Shown here: positions 1 through 11,300 of the stretch, piece by piece
Numbering within the stretch: position 1 is the first letter of the stretch
Layout of the letters: every line of letters begins with the position of its first letter
Source of the DNA: a virus
Lineage: Duplodnaviria > Caudoviricetes
Direction: 5' to 3' (one strand)
IMG/VR virus record: IMGVR_UViG_3300021963_000137
Coordinates: 1 to 61,496 of that record
DNA length: 61,496 nt
Notes under the pieces: generated by a model
Databases searched by the model: none
What the model was told of the DNA's origin: nothing
The model's input: the letters and a program-made list of their open reading frames with translations, nothing else
Made by a program: the position numbers and the translations under genes

Positions 1-137
1 AAAATGCTCAATCATTATTTGAAGTAGCTGATAAAACATGTTATGGTGGTTTGAATACTTATATTGGTGACTATCTTAGAGACTTAGGTAAATTACATTG
101 GAAAGTAAAAGCAACTATTGGAAAGAGTTTTAAATGA
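1..137 (+). CDS. dps: 3' part of Dps-family gene (duplicate of the end of 59054-59515)
   Basis: Near-identical to 59379-59515. Confidence 0.85.
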   Translation, partial: NAQSLFEVADKTCYGGLNTYIGDYLRDLGKLHWKVKATIGKSFK

Positions 138-388
138 AACAATATCAAAACTATAACATCTTTGCTTTAAGAGGTGATAGAGAAACATCTGACATGGATG
201 TATGTACAAATCTAGGGTTAGACCCTAAACTAGCTGGTACGCCAGATATTAATGAAGCTGCTATCCGAAAGATGCACAAAGATAATTATGAAGGATACCT
301 TACAAAAGGTTATTCTCCAGATGAAGCTTTATCTTTGGCTGATACAAATGCAGATAGTGTTCGTCAAGAAATTAAAAGACTGATTTAA
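134..388 (+). CDS. Hypothetical protein, 84 aa (duplicate of 59512-59766)
   Basis: ORF overlapping the dps stop; conserved in both copies with 1 aa change. Confidence 0.8.
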   Translation: MKQYQNYNIFALRGDRETSDMDVCTNLGLDPKLAGTPDINEAAIRKMHKDNYEGYLTKGYSPDEALSLADTNADSVRQEIKRLI

Positions 389-433
389 AAAAAATAGCCC
401 TTCAAGGAATTATCCTTGAGGGGCTTTTTATTT
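387..433. terminator. Bidirectional rho-independent terminator between the two arms
   Basis: A-tract, AGCCCTTCAAGGA-ATTA-TCCTTGAGGGGCT hairpin, T-tract; lies between convergent genes. Confidence 0.9.
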
Positions 434-435
434 TG

Positions 436-3400
436 CTATGCGTGAGTCATCTGAGCAATACCATGTTTTATTACATTACCGTTTGTACGTAATGCTTTAA
501 AACCTTGATCTACTTTTCCTTCAAATTCATTTGCAAAAATCTTAAACATATTTTCTGCACCACCTAATTGTTGGTAAGATTCAATCATATTAAATAAGTC
601 TCTAAATTGTGAACCAGATACTGTTAGATTAGGTATACCATCAATCCAACCTGCTTTCTTAGCTTTATCTAATAATTGATTGTTCTTTGCTTTAAGATCT
701 TCCCAACTTTTGATTGAATCTTTTGATCTATTTTTAATATACGCTTCATACTCTGGACTATTATTAGTCTTCTTATTTAAGTCTTCAAAGAAAGCCCCTA
801 ATGCAGGGAAATCTCCTTTAGTACCTATACCTACGTCTGATGCACCAGCTGTTCTTCTAAACACTTCGTCTTTAGCTTTAATGTAAGCATTCTCTAATTG
901 TTTAGCAAACTTTTTAATTTCAGGTATTGCCTGAGGAATTGCTACGTTATTATAAGTATTACGATAAAGATGCATTGTATCCATTGTTGTGATTAATGAA
1001 TCATGAACAGTAGCTACTGGTAAAGGAATTTTTCTATCCGCATTTAAATCTAACATCATTAGCTTAAGCAAGTCAGCATCAGTAGATTGAATAGGCATAA
1101 CACCTAATAACCTAGACAATGCAGAGCCAAGAGCATTTTCAAACAAATCAAATTTATTTTTGGCTTTGTTATAGAATGATTGATTAGGTTTACCAGCAGC
1201 AGCATTGTACATTCTTCTTGCAGCTTGTACTTCAACAATACCTTCAGGAGCTAAATAAGTATTTGTTTCAATACCTCTATCTACAGTAGTATATGGTTGT
1301 CCTTCAGGAGTCATACCCGTTCCTTCTATATCTCTGAATTGATCAGGAATAAAACCTAAGTCAACAGAAGAATATACAGTGTCATCACCCGTAATACCTT
1401 TTAAAATAGGTATTGAGTTAATAACAGCAAACATACGACCAACCTTTTTAAGCATTCTAGTAAAGCTAGGGTCAATTACTTTTCTTAGAGTTGCATCTAA
1501 TGCGTTAGCTAAATCTTGAGCTGCTTCCGTTGAACTATTGTAATTGGGTAAAACATATTCAGCAAATACAGAATTATATTCTTGAGAATTTTCTAAGAAA
1601 GATAATACATGATCAAAGAACATTCCAGAATCTTTACCATAAGAATTCTGCATTAAAGGTGCCTTAAATAAATCAGTTGCTAATTTTTCATTGACTGCAT
1701 TGCTAAAGAAATTTTTCCAACCATCAAGTCTATCTTTGTTATCAACAATTATATTAGATAAATTATCACCAATAATACTTAAAGCATAGCCACGCATATC
1801 AGATAAGTTAGGGTTATAAGAACCTAATCTAATTGCAACTGTTGGTTTACCTGCATACAAAGATTGAATAAAGATACCATTTTGGTTTCCATCATCATAG
1901 TTTAAAGCACTAAGCTTAATAAAACGATTAGCCATTGCTGGATCTATTGCTGCCATACCTAATTGAGCAAAGTCATCATAAAGATTTTGATGTGACTGGG
2001 CTTCACCTCTAGGCATATTAGCAAGTAGGTTAACAATGTTTGATCCTTCAGCTACATTACCTGATAACCAATCATTATATTCTTTACCTAACATACCTAA
2101 ATGTTTACCAATCTCAGGTGTATACATTCTAATTAATTGTATCTCAGGTTGTTTAACAATATCTTTATTGAGTACAGTTGGGTCACCACTATAACTATAG
2201 TAATTAACTACAGCACATTCCATAAGACCAAGAGCAGTTCTTTCATCAGGAGTTAATGCCATTAAAGCTTTGTTACGGGCTTTACCTGACTTGCTAAATA
2301 TACCCATTGCTTTGTCTTGTAAGTTTTTAATTTTTACAGGATCAAAGAAATGATTAGCGTAAGTTAAACCTTGAATACCAAAGTTAAGCATCTCACGAGT
2401 AGCATTTTTAGACGCTAGTATATCAGTTCCAGCATTAGTTCTGAAAAATCGTTGGTTAGCCATTGAATGAGAGTAACCTGTATACACTACACCTTTAATC
2501 TTCTGAGCATTTGCTAAATCATATTCCATAAATTGAATAGCATTATTTATAGTAGTTTTTGCATGTTGATTTTGTAACTCAACAAATTTAGCTCTAGATA
2601 CTGGGTCATTATTATTATAGTCACTAGGGGGTTTAACTCTTTGTTTAAGCTTATTGTAGTCTGATAAAGATACTTTATGACGTTTAGCAAATGGACTTGA
2701 AGAATAGAAGCCTTCTGGACCATCTACCATATTTTTTTTAATATCTTCTAATTGAATACTAGTAGACAACATGGCTTTTGGTAGGAAAATTTCACCGATA
2801 GAACTAAATATATCTTTAACTGTTTCAGCTACAGGTTGTTTAGCACCTTCTATAAATAAAGAATTCTTTGTACCTTGTGAACCAGGCTTAATAAAATTAG
2901 AACCAGATATTTGTGGTACCTTAGAAGGTAAAGATCTACGTTCATCACCAGCTAATGCAGCAGACATATAGCTTAATTCAGCTGCTAAATCTTTCATTTC
3001 TTTAGAAGAACCATACACAATATTATTATCTTTATCTAACATAGGCAGGTGACGATGTTGAGCAATCTCTGCTTCAACTTTAGCTTCTGCTAATTGTCTT
3101 ACTGCTTGAGCAGGTATATTCATACCTAAGTTAGATAAGGCATTGTGCATTGAAGCAATAGTAGAGTTAACCAAATTAGTTTTTGGTTGGGCATCCATAA
3201 GATTACCGTTTTTGTCTCTTACTTCAGCAACATCTTCAAACGGATCTGTCTTAATACCATTTTTAAATAATCGTGTTTGCTCAGTAGCTCGTGCATGCGC
3301 AATACCTAACACTGTAGAGATTGGTCTGGCATATTCTAAAGGAATATTATTAGTATTTAAAATTTCTAAACCAGCAGGAACACCATAGTACCCTTCAGCA

Positions 3401-4050
3401 GTACTTCTAATAACAGCTTCAGGGCTAAACAAATCAGCAGCAGTAGCATCTGACACCATGCTTAATGCAGGTGCTGCACTATCAGCCCATTGTTTAATAA
3501 TACTATCATCCATACCCATAAATTGAGAAGTACCAGCTGGCATAGATTCTGCTGAAGATACTTCTGCTCTTGCCCTAAGAATAGCTTGACCTGCCTCTAC
3601 TGGATCTTCAGTCATTAAGGCAGGAGCCATATTAGGTCTGGTAGATAAGTCAACTTCTTGTTGTTGACCATACTCAGCCATAGTAATAGGCTGAGTCATA
3701 TACTCACCAGTCTGAGGGTCAAACTGAGGCATACCCTGTTCATCTTCTACTAGGCTAAGTCTTTCTCGACCAGCAAGAGATGATTGAGTAGCCTGAGCTA
3801 GGTCTTCAGGAGTTGATTGTGCAGATAACCTATCTATATTAACTGGACCAGCAATACCCCCAGCGGGTAGGGGTACTACAGGAATAGGCTGTGGATTATA
3901 TACATCCATAGCTTGTTTAACTGCTTCTGTCCCAGGTATTTCTACCTGAGGTGCAGCACCAGTACCAAAGGCTTGGTTAGAGAATGCTTGCAATTGCTCT
4001 GCACTTAAAGGTGCTTTGCCTTGCGTATTTACATTTACATTAATTGCCAT
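436..4050 (-). CDS. Putative virion-encapsidated single-subunit RNA polymerase (internal virion protein)
   Basis: Motif A-like YDDGNQNG, motif B-like KAPLMQNSYG (Kx7YG), PIQSTDA, motif C VHDS, in the canonical order; last gene of the ejection-protein block. Confidence 0.75.
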   Translation of the reverse strand: MAINVNVNTQGKAPLSAEQLQAFSNQAFGTGAAPQVEIPGTEAVKQAMDVYNPQPIPVVPLPAGGIAGPVNIDRLSAQSTPEDLAQATQSSLAGRERLSLVEDEQGMPQFDPQTGEYMTQPITMAEYGQQQEVDLSTRPNMAPALMTEDPVEAGQAILRARAEVSSAESMPAGTSQFMGMDDSIIKQWADSAAPALSMVSDATAADLFSPEAVIRSTAEGYYGVPAGLEILNTNNIPLEYARPISTVLGIAHARATEQTRLFKNGIKTDPFEDVAEVRDKNGNLMDAQPKTNLVNSTIASMHNALSNLGMNIPAQAVRQLAEAKVEAEIAQHRHLPMLDKDNNIVYGSSKEMKDLAAELSYMSAALAGDERRSLPSKVPQISGSNFIKPGSQGTKNSLFIEGAKQPVAETVKDIFSSIGEIFLPKAMLSTSIQLEDIKKNMVDGPEGFYSSSPFAKRHKVSLSDYNKLKQRVKPPSDYNNNDPVSRAKFVELQNQHAKTTINNAIQFMEYDLANAQKIKGVVYTGYSHSMANQRFFRTNAGTDILASKNATREMLNFGIQGLTYANHFFDPVKIKNLQDKAMGIFSKSGKARNKALMALTPDERTALGLMECAVVNYYSYSGDPTVLNKDIVKQPEIQLIRMYTPEIGKHLGMLGKEYNDWLSGNVAEGSNIVNLLANMPRGEAQSHQNLYDDFAQLGMAAIDPAMANRFIKLSALNYDDGNQNGIFIQSLYAGKPTVAIRLGSYNPNLSDMRGYALSIIGDNLSNIIVDNKDRLDGWKNFFSNAVNEKLATDLFKAPLMQNSYGKDSGMFFDHVLSFLENSQEYNSVFAEYVLPNYNSSTEAAQDLANALDATLRKVIDPSFTRMLKKVGRMFAVINSIPILKGITGDDTVYSSVDLGFIPDQFRDIEGTGMTPEGQPYTTVDRGIETNTYLAPEGIVEVQAARRMYNAAAGKPNQSFYNKAKNKFDLFENALGSALSRLLGVMPIQSTDADLLKLMMLDLNADRKIPLPVATVHDSLITTMDTMHLYRNTYNNVAIPQAIPEIKKFAKQLENAYIKAKDEVFRRTAGASDVGIGTKGDFPALGAFFEDLNKKTNNSPEYEAYIKNRSKDSIKSWEDLKAKNNQLLDKAKKAGWIDGIPNLTVSGSQFRDLFNMIESYQQLGGAENMFKIFANEFEGKVDQGFKALRTNGNVIKHGIAQMTHA

Positions 4051-7000
4051 TTATTTTCCTTTAAAAGCATTTACAAGTTCTTCTGCCGTATAGTTACTTA
4101 CTACAGGGAAACTACCAATAACAGGCATAGCTCTCATTATCTTTTTAGCGCCCTTCATTTCTTTTCCTTCAGCTATATTGTATGCACCTTCAATAGGCTT
4201 AGCTACCCATGATACAACAGGTGAAGCACCCTTAGCTTTATCTACAGCCCATTCTAAAGGCTTCTCCGTAAATTTAGCACTACTAAATTCAATAGTAGGT
4301 GATATAGCTTCAGTTATCTTTTCTGCCTGACCAATTAAACCTGATGAATTTAAAATACGTTGAGCTTTCTTTGCTCTACTTTTTACATAAGGGCTATCTT
4401 CACCATAAGATAATTGATCTTTAAACATATTAACAAAAGCACTCATAATTAATGTCATACCCATAGTAGCAAAAGCATCATACCTCATACCAACACTACC
4501 ATTAAGGATGTGTTGCTTATATAGTCTGGGTAGTAGAACTGCTGTAGCTGTACCCATAAACTTTTGCATAGTGGTAACCATTTTAAACCTTGGATCATTA
4601 TAAATCTTTGGTGTGTTAAATGGTTGTGGATTAACAATACGAGAATCAACAAAATTAATTAATGCAGTATAAATATTATCTTGTATAGCTTCATATATAG
4701 GAGCATTTTGTTCTGTATTTAAAAATCCACCTTCAAAAGGAGACATATTAAACTGACTTCCCATAACATCTATTGCATTAAGCATATGAGGTACATTTAA
4801 ACCATACTGCTGTAATTGAATTAAAGCTTGTTGTTGTTCTACAGTTAAACCTTGCCCAGTAGCAAATGCAACATCACGAATAGCAGGGTCAACTCCACTA
4901 AGTGTGTTAAGTTGGGTCATCATAATATCACCAGCAACACTAAGAACAGCCATACGGTTAGCATCTGTCTGCGCTCTTAAAGAAATAGCAGAAACAAACA
5001 CACCCATAATCTTACGTAGTTTGTTAGTATCAGTACCACCAAAGTCATATTTGTTAGATGCATCAAAGCCAGCTTCATGAAAACCTAATCTACTAAAAGT
5101 TTTTCTATTGTAATATCTTTCATGTAGATTATCTATTTCTTTTTGAATTGCATCAAGAGATGCTTGAGAAGCATTAGGTGCATTTAATTTAGAATTTAAC
5201 TCATCTAATCTTTCCTGTAAACTTACATCAGGTATTTGTCTTAAATGCTTAATACCAAATAATGAGGCAGCAAATGATGCACCCTTAGCCATATCAGTAG
5301 CATATTCAGTAGCATATTCTTGTGCATAGGTAGAAAATTGTTTTCCTAATAATTTAGCAGGAGTACCTAAGCTTGCTAAGGTTGCTTCAGCTTGAGAAGA
5401 AATAGCTGCTTTAGATAATGAAGATAACAATGCTGCTGTAACTAAATAATTTTGTAAAGAAGATATAAAAGGACTTTCAATATTATTGTAGTCGTTATTA
5501 GTAATATCATACCATGCTCTTACTTCTGTTGTTGCAGCTTTAAAAGCTTTTTCATCAAACACTCCATTAGAGTCATTAAATTCACCTGCATCTTTGGCAG
5601 CTAATAAAAGCTTACCAAGGATATTACCATCTTTTCCAAGATAAGTTGCATGCATCACTTGATGAGCTGTTCTTTCTTTCATATGCTCAATACTATCAAG
5701 GATATTACTATGAAATATATGTTGCAAATTAGGATTAGTAAAGAAACCATATTGGGATAAATAGTCTACTGCAGCACTTGCTTTTGTTCTATTAGAGCTA
5801 TTAAGGTTATTAACAGCAGTAGTAGCTTCTGATCTTGTTGCTCCACTATTAACCATTTCATTTACAATAAGTGGTTTATTATTATTAAGCTTAGGAACAT
5901 CAATACGAGATGATTGAAATAAAGCATTTTCATCTAGTAAATGATTAAATGGTAACCCAGCATCAATAGCAGATTGTGCCATTGATTTTCTAGTATTATC
6001 TAATTTTTCTTTCCAATTTTGAAGAATAACATTTTGTTCTGTATTAAGTGGAAGTTGTAAACCCTGAGACCAATAATTGTTATAAGCCTCTTTTACCATT
6101 TCATTAACAGACTGTTTGTTAACACCAAAACCCATTATACCAGTTAACTTAGAAGCTAAATCGTATGCTCCACCATCAGACCATTTACCCATAAGCTTTT
6201 GTTGAAATACAGAAGCAGAGTCTCCTGGTAATATACCAAAACCTCCCATTATAGCTTTAAGGTAGGCTGAATTATATTTAAAGTTACCATTAGAATCTGT
6301 AATACTTGGGATAGCAGTATGGCTTAGTTGTCTCCACAAAGATAATGGATCAGAAATTGTTTGCTTAATACCTTCAAACCAACCTTTGTTTGTAGGTAAA
6401 TTAGTTAAAGAGGTATCAGGATGATTTGAGGGTTGAACAGCAGTTTGTCGAGCTAATTGAGTAATATCAACATGACCACCATTTTGAGTTGCTAACCGTT
6501 CTTGATTATCAGCTTGAAATGCTTGTGAATCTCCAACAGCTTTATCATAAAGTCTTTGAGCGTCTACAGCTGAATGCCATCCAGCCATATCAGTTACGCC
6601 TCTTGCTCCATGAAAACCAGCACCCATAACAGCACCACCAACAAAGGCATCTTCTAACTGGTCTTTATAATCTAAATTATATTTATAATTACGATTAAAT
6701 TGACCTGATTGACCTAGCATTTGAAGCTCTTGTTGTAATAACTCAGTACCACCTTCACCACCAGCAGCTATAGTAGCTCTTCCAGTAGCTTTAGCAGCAC
6801 CTTCCATAGATAACAATTGCCTTGTAGCAAATTCTTTTCCAAAGCCTGTGAATGCTAATATCTCTTGTTTAGTAGCTTCTTGTAAAATCTTTTCAGCTTC
6901 TACTCTAGTTGCTGCCTTACCATTTTGAATCATAGCATTAATAACTTCTTCTTTACCTGTAATAGTAAATAAATTAGCACCTAATTTACCAGATAAAAAA

Positions 7001-8352
7001 TCAAGACCTATTCTATCTAATGTACCCGAACCAACACCAGCAGCAATAGCTAATGGTACATTCTTTTTGTCATCAGGTTGGTCAGCATAAAATTGTCCTG
7101 TATAAAGAAAAGAACCAGGTACTGTAGATAAAGCTAAACCTAAAGACGAACCACCAGAGGCATATGCAGCACCCATTGTAATAATCATTTGAGGTAATGT
7201 ACCTGCAAACAAATTACCTGTGTATGTTAATGTATCTTTGGCAGTATTCCACCAACCTGAATCAGTATTAATATCTCTAAATGAAGATAATGTTGCAGGT
7301 AAATCTGCTTGAGTCATTTTAATACCATTGACATGAGCCTTAGCATTGTCTTTAAGTTCATCCCAACCAGTCTTTTCACCAACCATTTCTACGTTACCCC
7401 AAAAGCCTTTGGATATGTCTTTAAGAGCACTGTATAACACTGTACCTTGTTGATTATAAGCTTGGTTCATTATAGTTCTGTCATCATGACGAAACTGTAC
7501 ACCACCTACTATATCAGGCAAATAGGAAGCATAAAACATTTGTTGTTGAGCTGCTTCTTTTTGTTTTAATAATTTAGCTTTAATTTCAGGAGGTATTTGT
7601 TGTCCACCATTTGTTGTGTAGGACATAGCTCCTTCAAAACCTACTGCATTAAAGTCAGGTACCATTTCAGGTTTACCTTCACTAGCTAGTATAGCATCAA
7701 TCTTTTTAATAGTATCTCTGGCATTATTAATACCTTTAATACCTGTACTGTTTTTATATGCAGCATATTGTTCTTCGTTAAAAGCATTTACCTTAGGAAC
7801 ATACTGACGTCTTCCCGCCTCAGCAAACTCCTTGTCCCTACGCTCATTTTCTTTAACTATTCCTGCTAATATAGGGTCTTTTTTAGCTCTTTCAGGAAAA
7901 GCTTTTAAGACAGTTTGCATGTTATAGTACTGAGCAGCAGACTCATCATCAGTAAATCTATTAGGTTCTACTGCACCTATTTTTGTTAAAAAGTTACCAG
8001 CACTTTCACCAGTACTAGGATTAATAACCTTAGCTACTTCACGATTATAACTGGATTTACCAGTAGGTTGTATATCAGTAAATCCAGCTTGATTAAGTAT
8101 CTTAGGAATTTGTGGTGCTACGCCTTGCTCCTGAGGAGGTATAAATATACCTTCATACCTATGACCAACCTCAGGCGCATTGTACCCTTCAATACGATAA
8201 GCTTTATTATTTACTTTAATAGTATCAGGATCAACCCATTGTTGAGTACCTTTTACTTGTTTGTTATTAACAGTTAAAGCAGAGCCTGAAGAAGGGGCTA
8301 TAGATGCTTTATCAGCGAGTACATCATCAACATAATCATCTAACGATTTCAT
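4051..8352 (-). CDS. Large internal virion/ejection protein with N-terminal thermonuclease (SNase)-like domain
   Basis: 1433 aa, Ala/Gly-rich hydrophobic stretches; VDPDTI...YRIEGYNAPE...YNR resembles the SNase DGDT/RLxGIDAPE/YGR motifs. Confidence 0.65.
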   Translation of the reverse strand: MKSLDDYVDDVLADKASIAPSSGSALTVNNKQVKGTQQWVDPDTIKVNNKAYRIEGYNAPEVGHRYEGIFIPPQEQGVAPQIPKILNQAGFTDIQPTGKSSYNREVAKVINPSTGESAGNFLTKIGAVEPNRFTDDESAAQYYNMQTVLKAFPERAKKDPILAGIVKENERRDKEFAEAGRRQYVPKVNAFNEEQYAAYKNSTGIKGINNARDTIKKIDAILASEGKPEMVPDFNAVGFEGAMSYTTNGGQQIPPEIKAKLLKQKEAAQQQMFYASYLPDIVGGVQFRHDDRTIMNQAYNQQGTVLYSALKDISKGFWGNVEMVGEKTGWDELKDNAKAHVNGIKMTQADLPATLSSFRDINTDSGWWNTAKDTLTYTGNLFAGTLPQMIITMGAAYASGGSSLGLALSTVPGSFLYTGQFYADQPDDKKNVPLAIAAGVGSGTLDRIGLDFLSGKLGANLFTITGKEEVINAMIQNGKAATRVEAEKILQEATKQEILAFTGFGKEFATRQLLSMEGAAKATGRATIAAGGEGGTELLQQELQMLGQSGQFNRNYKYNLDYKDQLEDAFVGGAVMGAGFHGARGVTDMAGWHSAVDAQRLYDKAVGDSQAFQADNQERLATQNGGHVDITQLARQTAVQPSNHPDTSLTNLPTNKGWFEGIKQTISDPLSLWRQLSHTAIPSITDSNGNFKYNSAYLKAIMGGFGILPGDSASVFQQKLMGKWSDGGAYDLASKLTGIMGFGVNKQSVNEMVKEAYNNYWSQGLQLPLNTEQNVILQNWKEKLDNTRKSMAQSAIDAGLPFNHLLDENALFQSSRIDVPKLNNNKPLIVNEMVNSGATRSEATTAVNNLNSSNRTKASAAVDYLSQYGFFTNPNLQHIFHSNILDSIEHMKERTAHQVMHATYLGKDGNILGKLLLAAKDAGEFNDSNGVFDEKAFKAATTEVRAWYDITNNDYNNIESPFISSLQNYLVTAALLSSLSKAAISSQAEATLASLGTPAKLLGKQFSTYAQEYATEYATDMAKGASFAASLFGIKHLRQIPDVSLQERLDELNSKLNAPNASQASLDAIQKEIDNLHERYYNRKTFSRLGFHEAGFDASNKYDFGGTDTNKLRKIMGVFVSAISLRAQTDANRMAVLSVAGDIMMTQLNTLSGVDPAIRDVAFATGQGLTVEQQQALIQLQQYGLNVPHMLNAIDVMGSQFNMSPFEGGFLNTEQNAPIYEAIQDNIYTALINFVDSRIVNPQPFNTPKIYNDPRFKMVTTMQKFMGTATAVLLPRLYKQHILNGSVGMRYDAFATMGMTLIMSAFVNMFKDQLSYGEDSPYVKSRAKKAQRILNSSGLIGQAEKITEAISPTIEFSSAKFTEKPLEWAVDKAKGASPVVSWVAKPIEGAYNIAEGKEMKGAKKIMRAMPVIGSFPVVSNYTAEELVNAFKGK

Positions 8353-8369
8353 AATAACCCCTTTTCAGT

Positions 8370-11300
8370 TTATTTTTTCTTAGGTTCAGTATAGGATTTC
8401 CATTTAGGAAGACCACTTGTTTCTGCTATAGCCCAATCTTGGAACGTGCTATAGTTCTCCTGAGTATAACCCGATTTTTCCATTTTAGTTCTAACATCTG
8501 CTGGTATATTCTTATAAGCCCTTTTTAAAGCTTCATATGCAGCTTGATCATCTATCACTACATTATCTTTATTATATTTATTTTGAATAACTCTATCTAA
8601 AGCATTAGTAAATTCAGCCATAGATTTTCCAGATAAATTTTTACCATTAGGCTTCCACAAATCTTTGTCAGAGGGACTTGTAGTTTTAGCAATATTACTT
8701 CTAATAACTTTCCTAATACCGTCAGGATCTTGAAGTCCACTTTCTACAAGTTGAGGAATAGCTAAATTCATAACATCTGCTTTGCTATCAATAGTTAGTC
8801 CTCCAGGAATACTAGAAAGTATTCTATTAGAATTATTAGCTACTGCTTTAGCATTAAAAGGTTTTCCATCTTTATCTTTAGCACCTTCAGGTATTAAAGC
8901 TTCAACCTTTCTAGCAACAGTATCTTCTTCATATCGATGAGCTTCAATACTTTTAACAGCGTTAAATGGAATTAACCTACCATCCATAGTCTGATACTGA
9001 CCTTTATGATATTGAACTGGCATAAGTTCACCATCTACAAGCATCATATCGGGTTTCTTAGGATACTTACCTTTACCACCACCTTCGCCATCATCATCAC
9101 TACCACTACCATTTTTACGACCATACCCAGGAGGATAATGCTGAACATTAGCTGCTAGATATGTAGTAACAGCACGCATATTATTCATCCAGTCTTCAGG
9201 TGTTTCAAAATTACCTTTTAACATACTCATAGCTTGACTTCTTACTGCAGGAGATACATCCATAGCTAAATACTTTTGTAAATTATCACTAAGATGCTCT
9301 TGATCTTTTCTGGCAGCAGCAGATTTTTCGTAAGTCCATTTGTTATCTTCTTTTAACTGTTGGAATTTACGGTATTGTATTTCGCTTTCAGCTCTAGCTT
9401 CTTCTTTTCTTTCTGCTAAAGATAATCTTTTCTCATTAAGTTTCCTATCAGCTTCTGCTTTCTTATCGGCTTTAGCTTGTCCAGCTAATGTAATAGCAGT
9501 ACGCATATCTTCACGTTCAGCTTGAGCAGCTAATTGCTTATCTTGACGCTTGTTAGCCTCTTCTTGAGCCTGTCTACGTAAAGAAGTTTCAAATGCTTGT
9601 CTACCACCATAAGATAATGCACGAGCAGTGTCATAACCCATAGCACGACCTGCTACAGTAGCTACAGCTAATCGAGCAACTTCCTGATCATTTAAACCTA
9701 AGACACTCTTAATACCTTTGTATGTAAATAAATCTTTAAGCGAATCAATAGCAGACTCATCGTCTTTATTAGCTATAGCTTTATCAACAGCTTTTTGAGA
9801 ACCTTTTAATTGTTTAATCCAATATTCAGGTCTGGTATCATCATCTTCTGGTTTTAATGGAGGAACAATTTTACCTTCATTAGCATCTATTATTGCTTGC
9901 ATCTCAGCATTAAATGCTTGTTTAGCATTTGGATCAGGGATGAATGCAACTGGCTCTACAGGCATGTTGATGGTACTATTGTTACCACCAACAGACTTAG
10001 CTACAACAGGAGGAGGTACAGGAAAACGATCTTTACCTTCAACAACTACCTTAGGTTTAGCAGCAAGCATTGGTAAAGGTTCAATTACTTCCATACCTAC
10101 ATTTTTAAAAGGTCTTTCTGGGATGTCAAATTCTGAACTAACACTACCATTGATTTTTGCTTGTACATCTTTAAGCTTCATGTCTGCAGTTACATCTGGA
10201 TAAGCAGAACGAGGAACAGCATCTTCTATTTTATCTTTTGTTGTAGAAATATTAACTAGATTTTCAGGGATTACCTTTTGTTGATAATCTATTACTGGGC
10301 CAGCAATTACTGTTGGTTCAAGTATAGGGCTAGACTCAGGTACATCTTCAACACCATTTTCATAATGATAACTAGCTGAACTACCTCTATTAAAGTCATA
10401 TACTCTTTCAGTACCATCTTCAAAAGAAGAACCTGGTACATCAGAATGCTCATATGCTAATGATGGTACAGGTACTTGAATGGTACCTTCATTATAGTTC
10501 ATTAATTGAGGTACTGCAGAAGTGCCGTCAGCATATAACGTATCAGTATATCCTACAGGTATTTTAACACCTAGTCTATCAGAAAAAGGTGATTGACCAG
10601 CATTAACTCGCATGTCTCTATAAGCAGCAGCTTTATTAGCTATTGCATCATTCATTTGACCTTGAGTAATTAATTGAACTTCTTTGTTACTTAATGTAGG
10701 AACTAAACTAGGGTATTGACCCTTATTATCATCAAGAGTATACTCAGTCATTGCACTAGGTCTAATAGATATTTCTTGATTATAAACAGGTATTTCACCC
10801 ATATAACCTTTTCCTTTAGGCATAGGCATCTCATATGATATTGAACCTTGAGTAGGATTATCATTCTGATAACGGAAGCCGTCAGGAGCTAACCCTTTAC
10901 CTTTAACTTTTTTAGTACCATCTTTGTATCCAGCAGCCTGTTGTACTCTACTAGGGATAACATCTGAGTTAACAATGTTAATAGAGCCATCACGAAATTC
11001 TAAAAAACCTTTTTTAGTTTTGTTAGCTTTTCTACCTTCTTGAACCATACGTTTAATAATGGGTTTATTCTTAGGGTCTTGTGCGGCAGGTTCAGGGATA
11101 ACAGCTTCGCCAGGAGTTAGCATAGCAGGTACTGTATCTGTATTTTGTTTAGCAGCTTTCCTAGCTTTAGCAGCATCTTCTGCTTGATATGGCAACATGT
11201 GCTGACCACGTTTAAATAGTTCTGTCCCTGCTAATGGGTTAGGTGATTTAACTTTTAATGGAGCACCTAAGGTACCCATCTTATATTTGTGAACGTCTTC

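Larger units (their letters stand above)
1..2117. repeat. Terminal duplication, copy 1 (circular-assembly overlap)
   Basis: Sequence recurs at 59379-61496 with scattered substitutions and a 1-nt A-tract length difference. Confidence 0.95.

Noticed and set aside
1-2117. Physical direct terminal repeats of the virion DNA
   Set aside because: Copies differ at many sites and cut through genes; true terminal repeats are copied from one template. Circular-assembly overlap is more likely.
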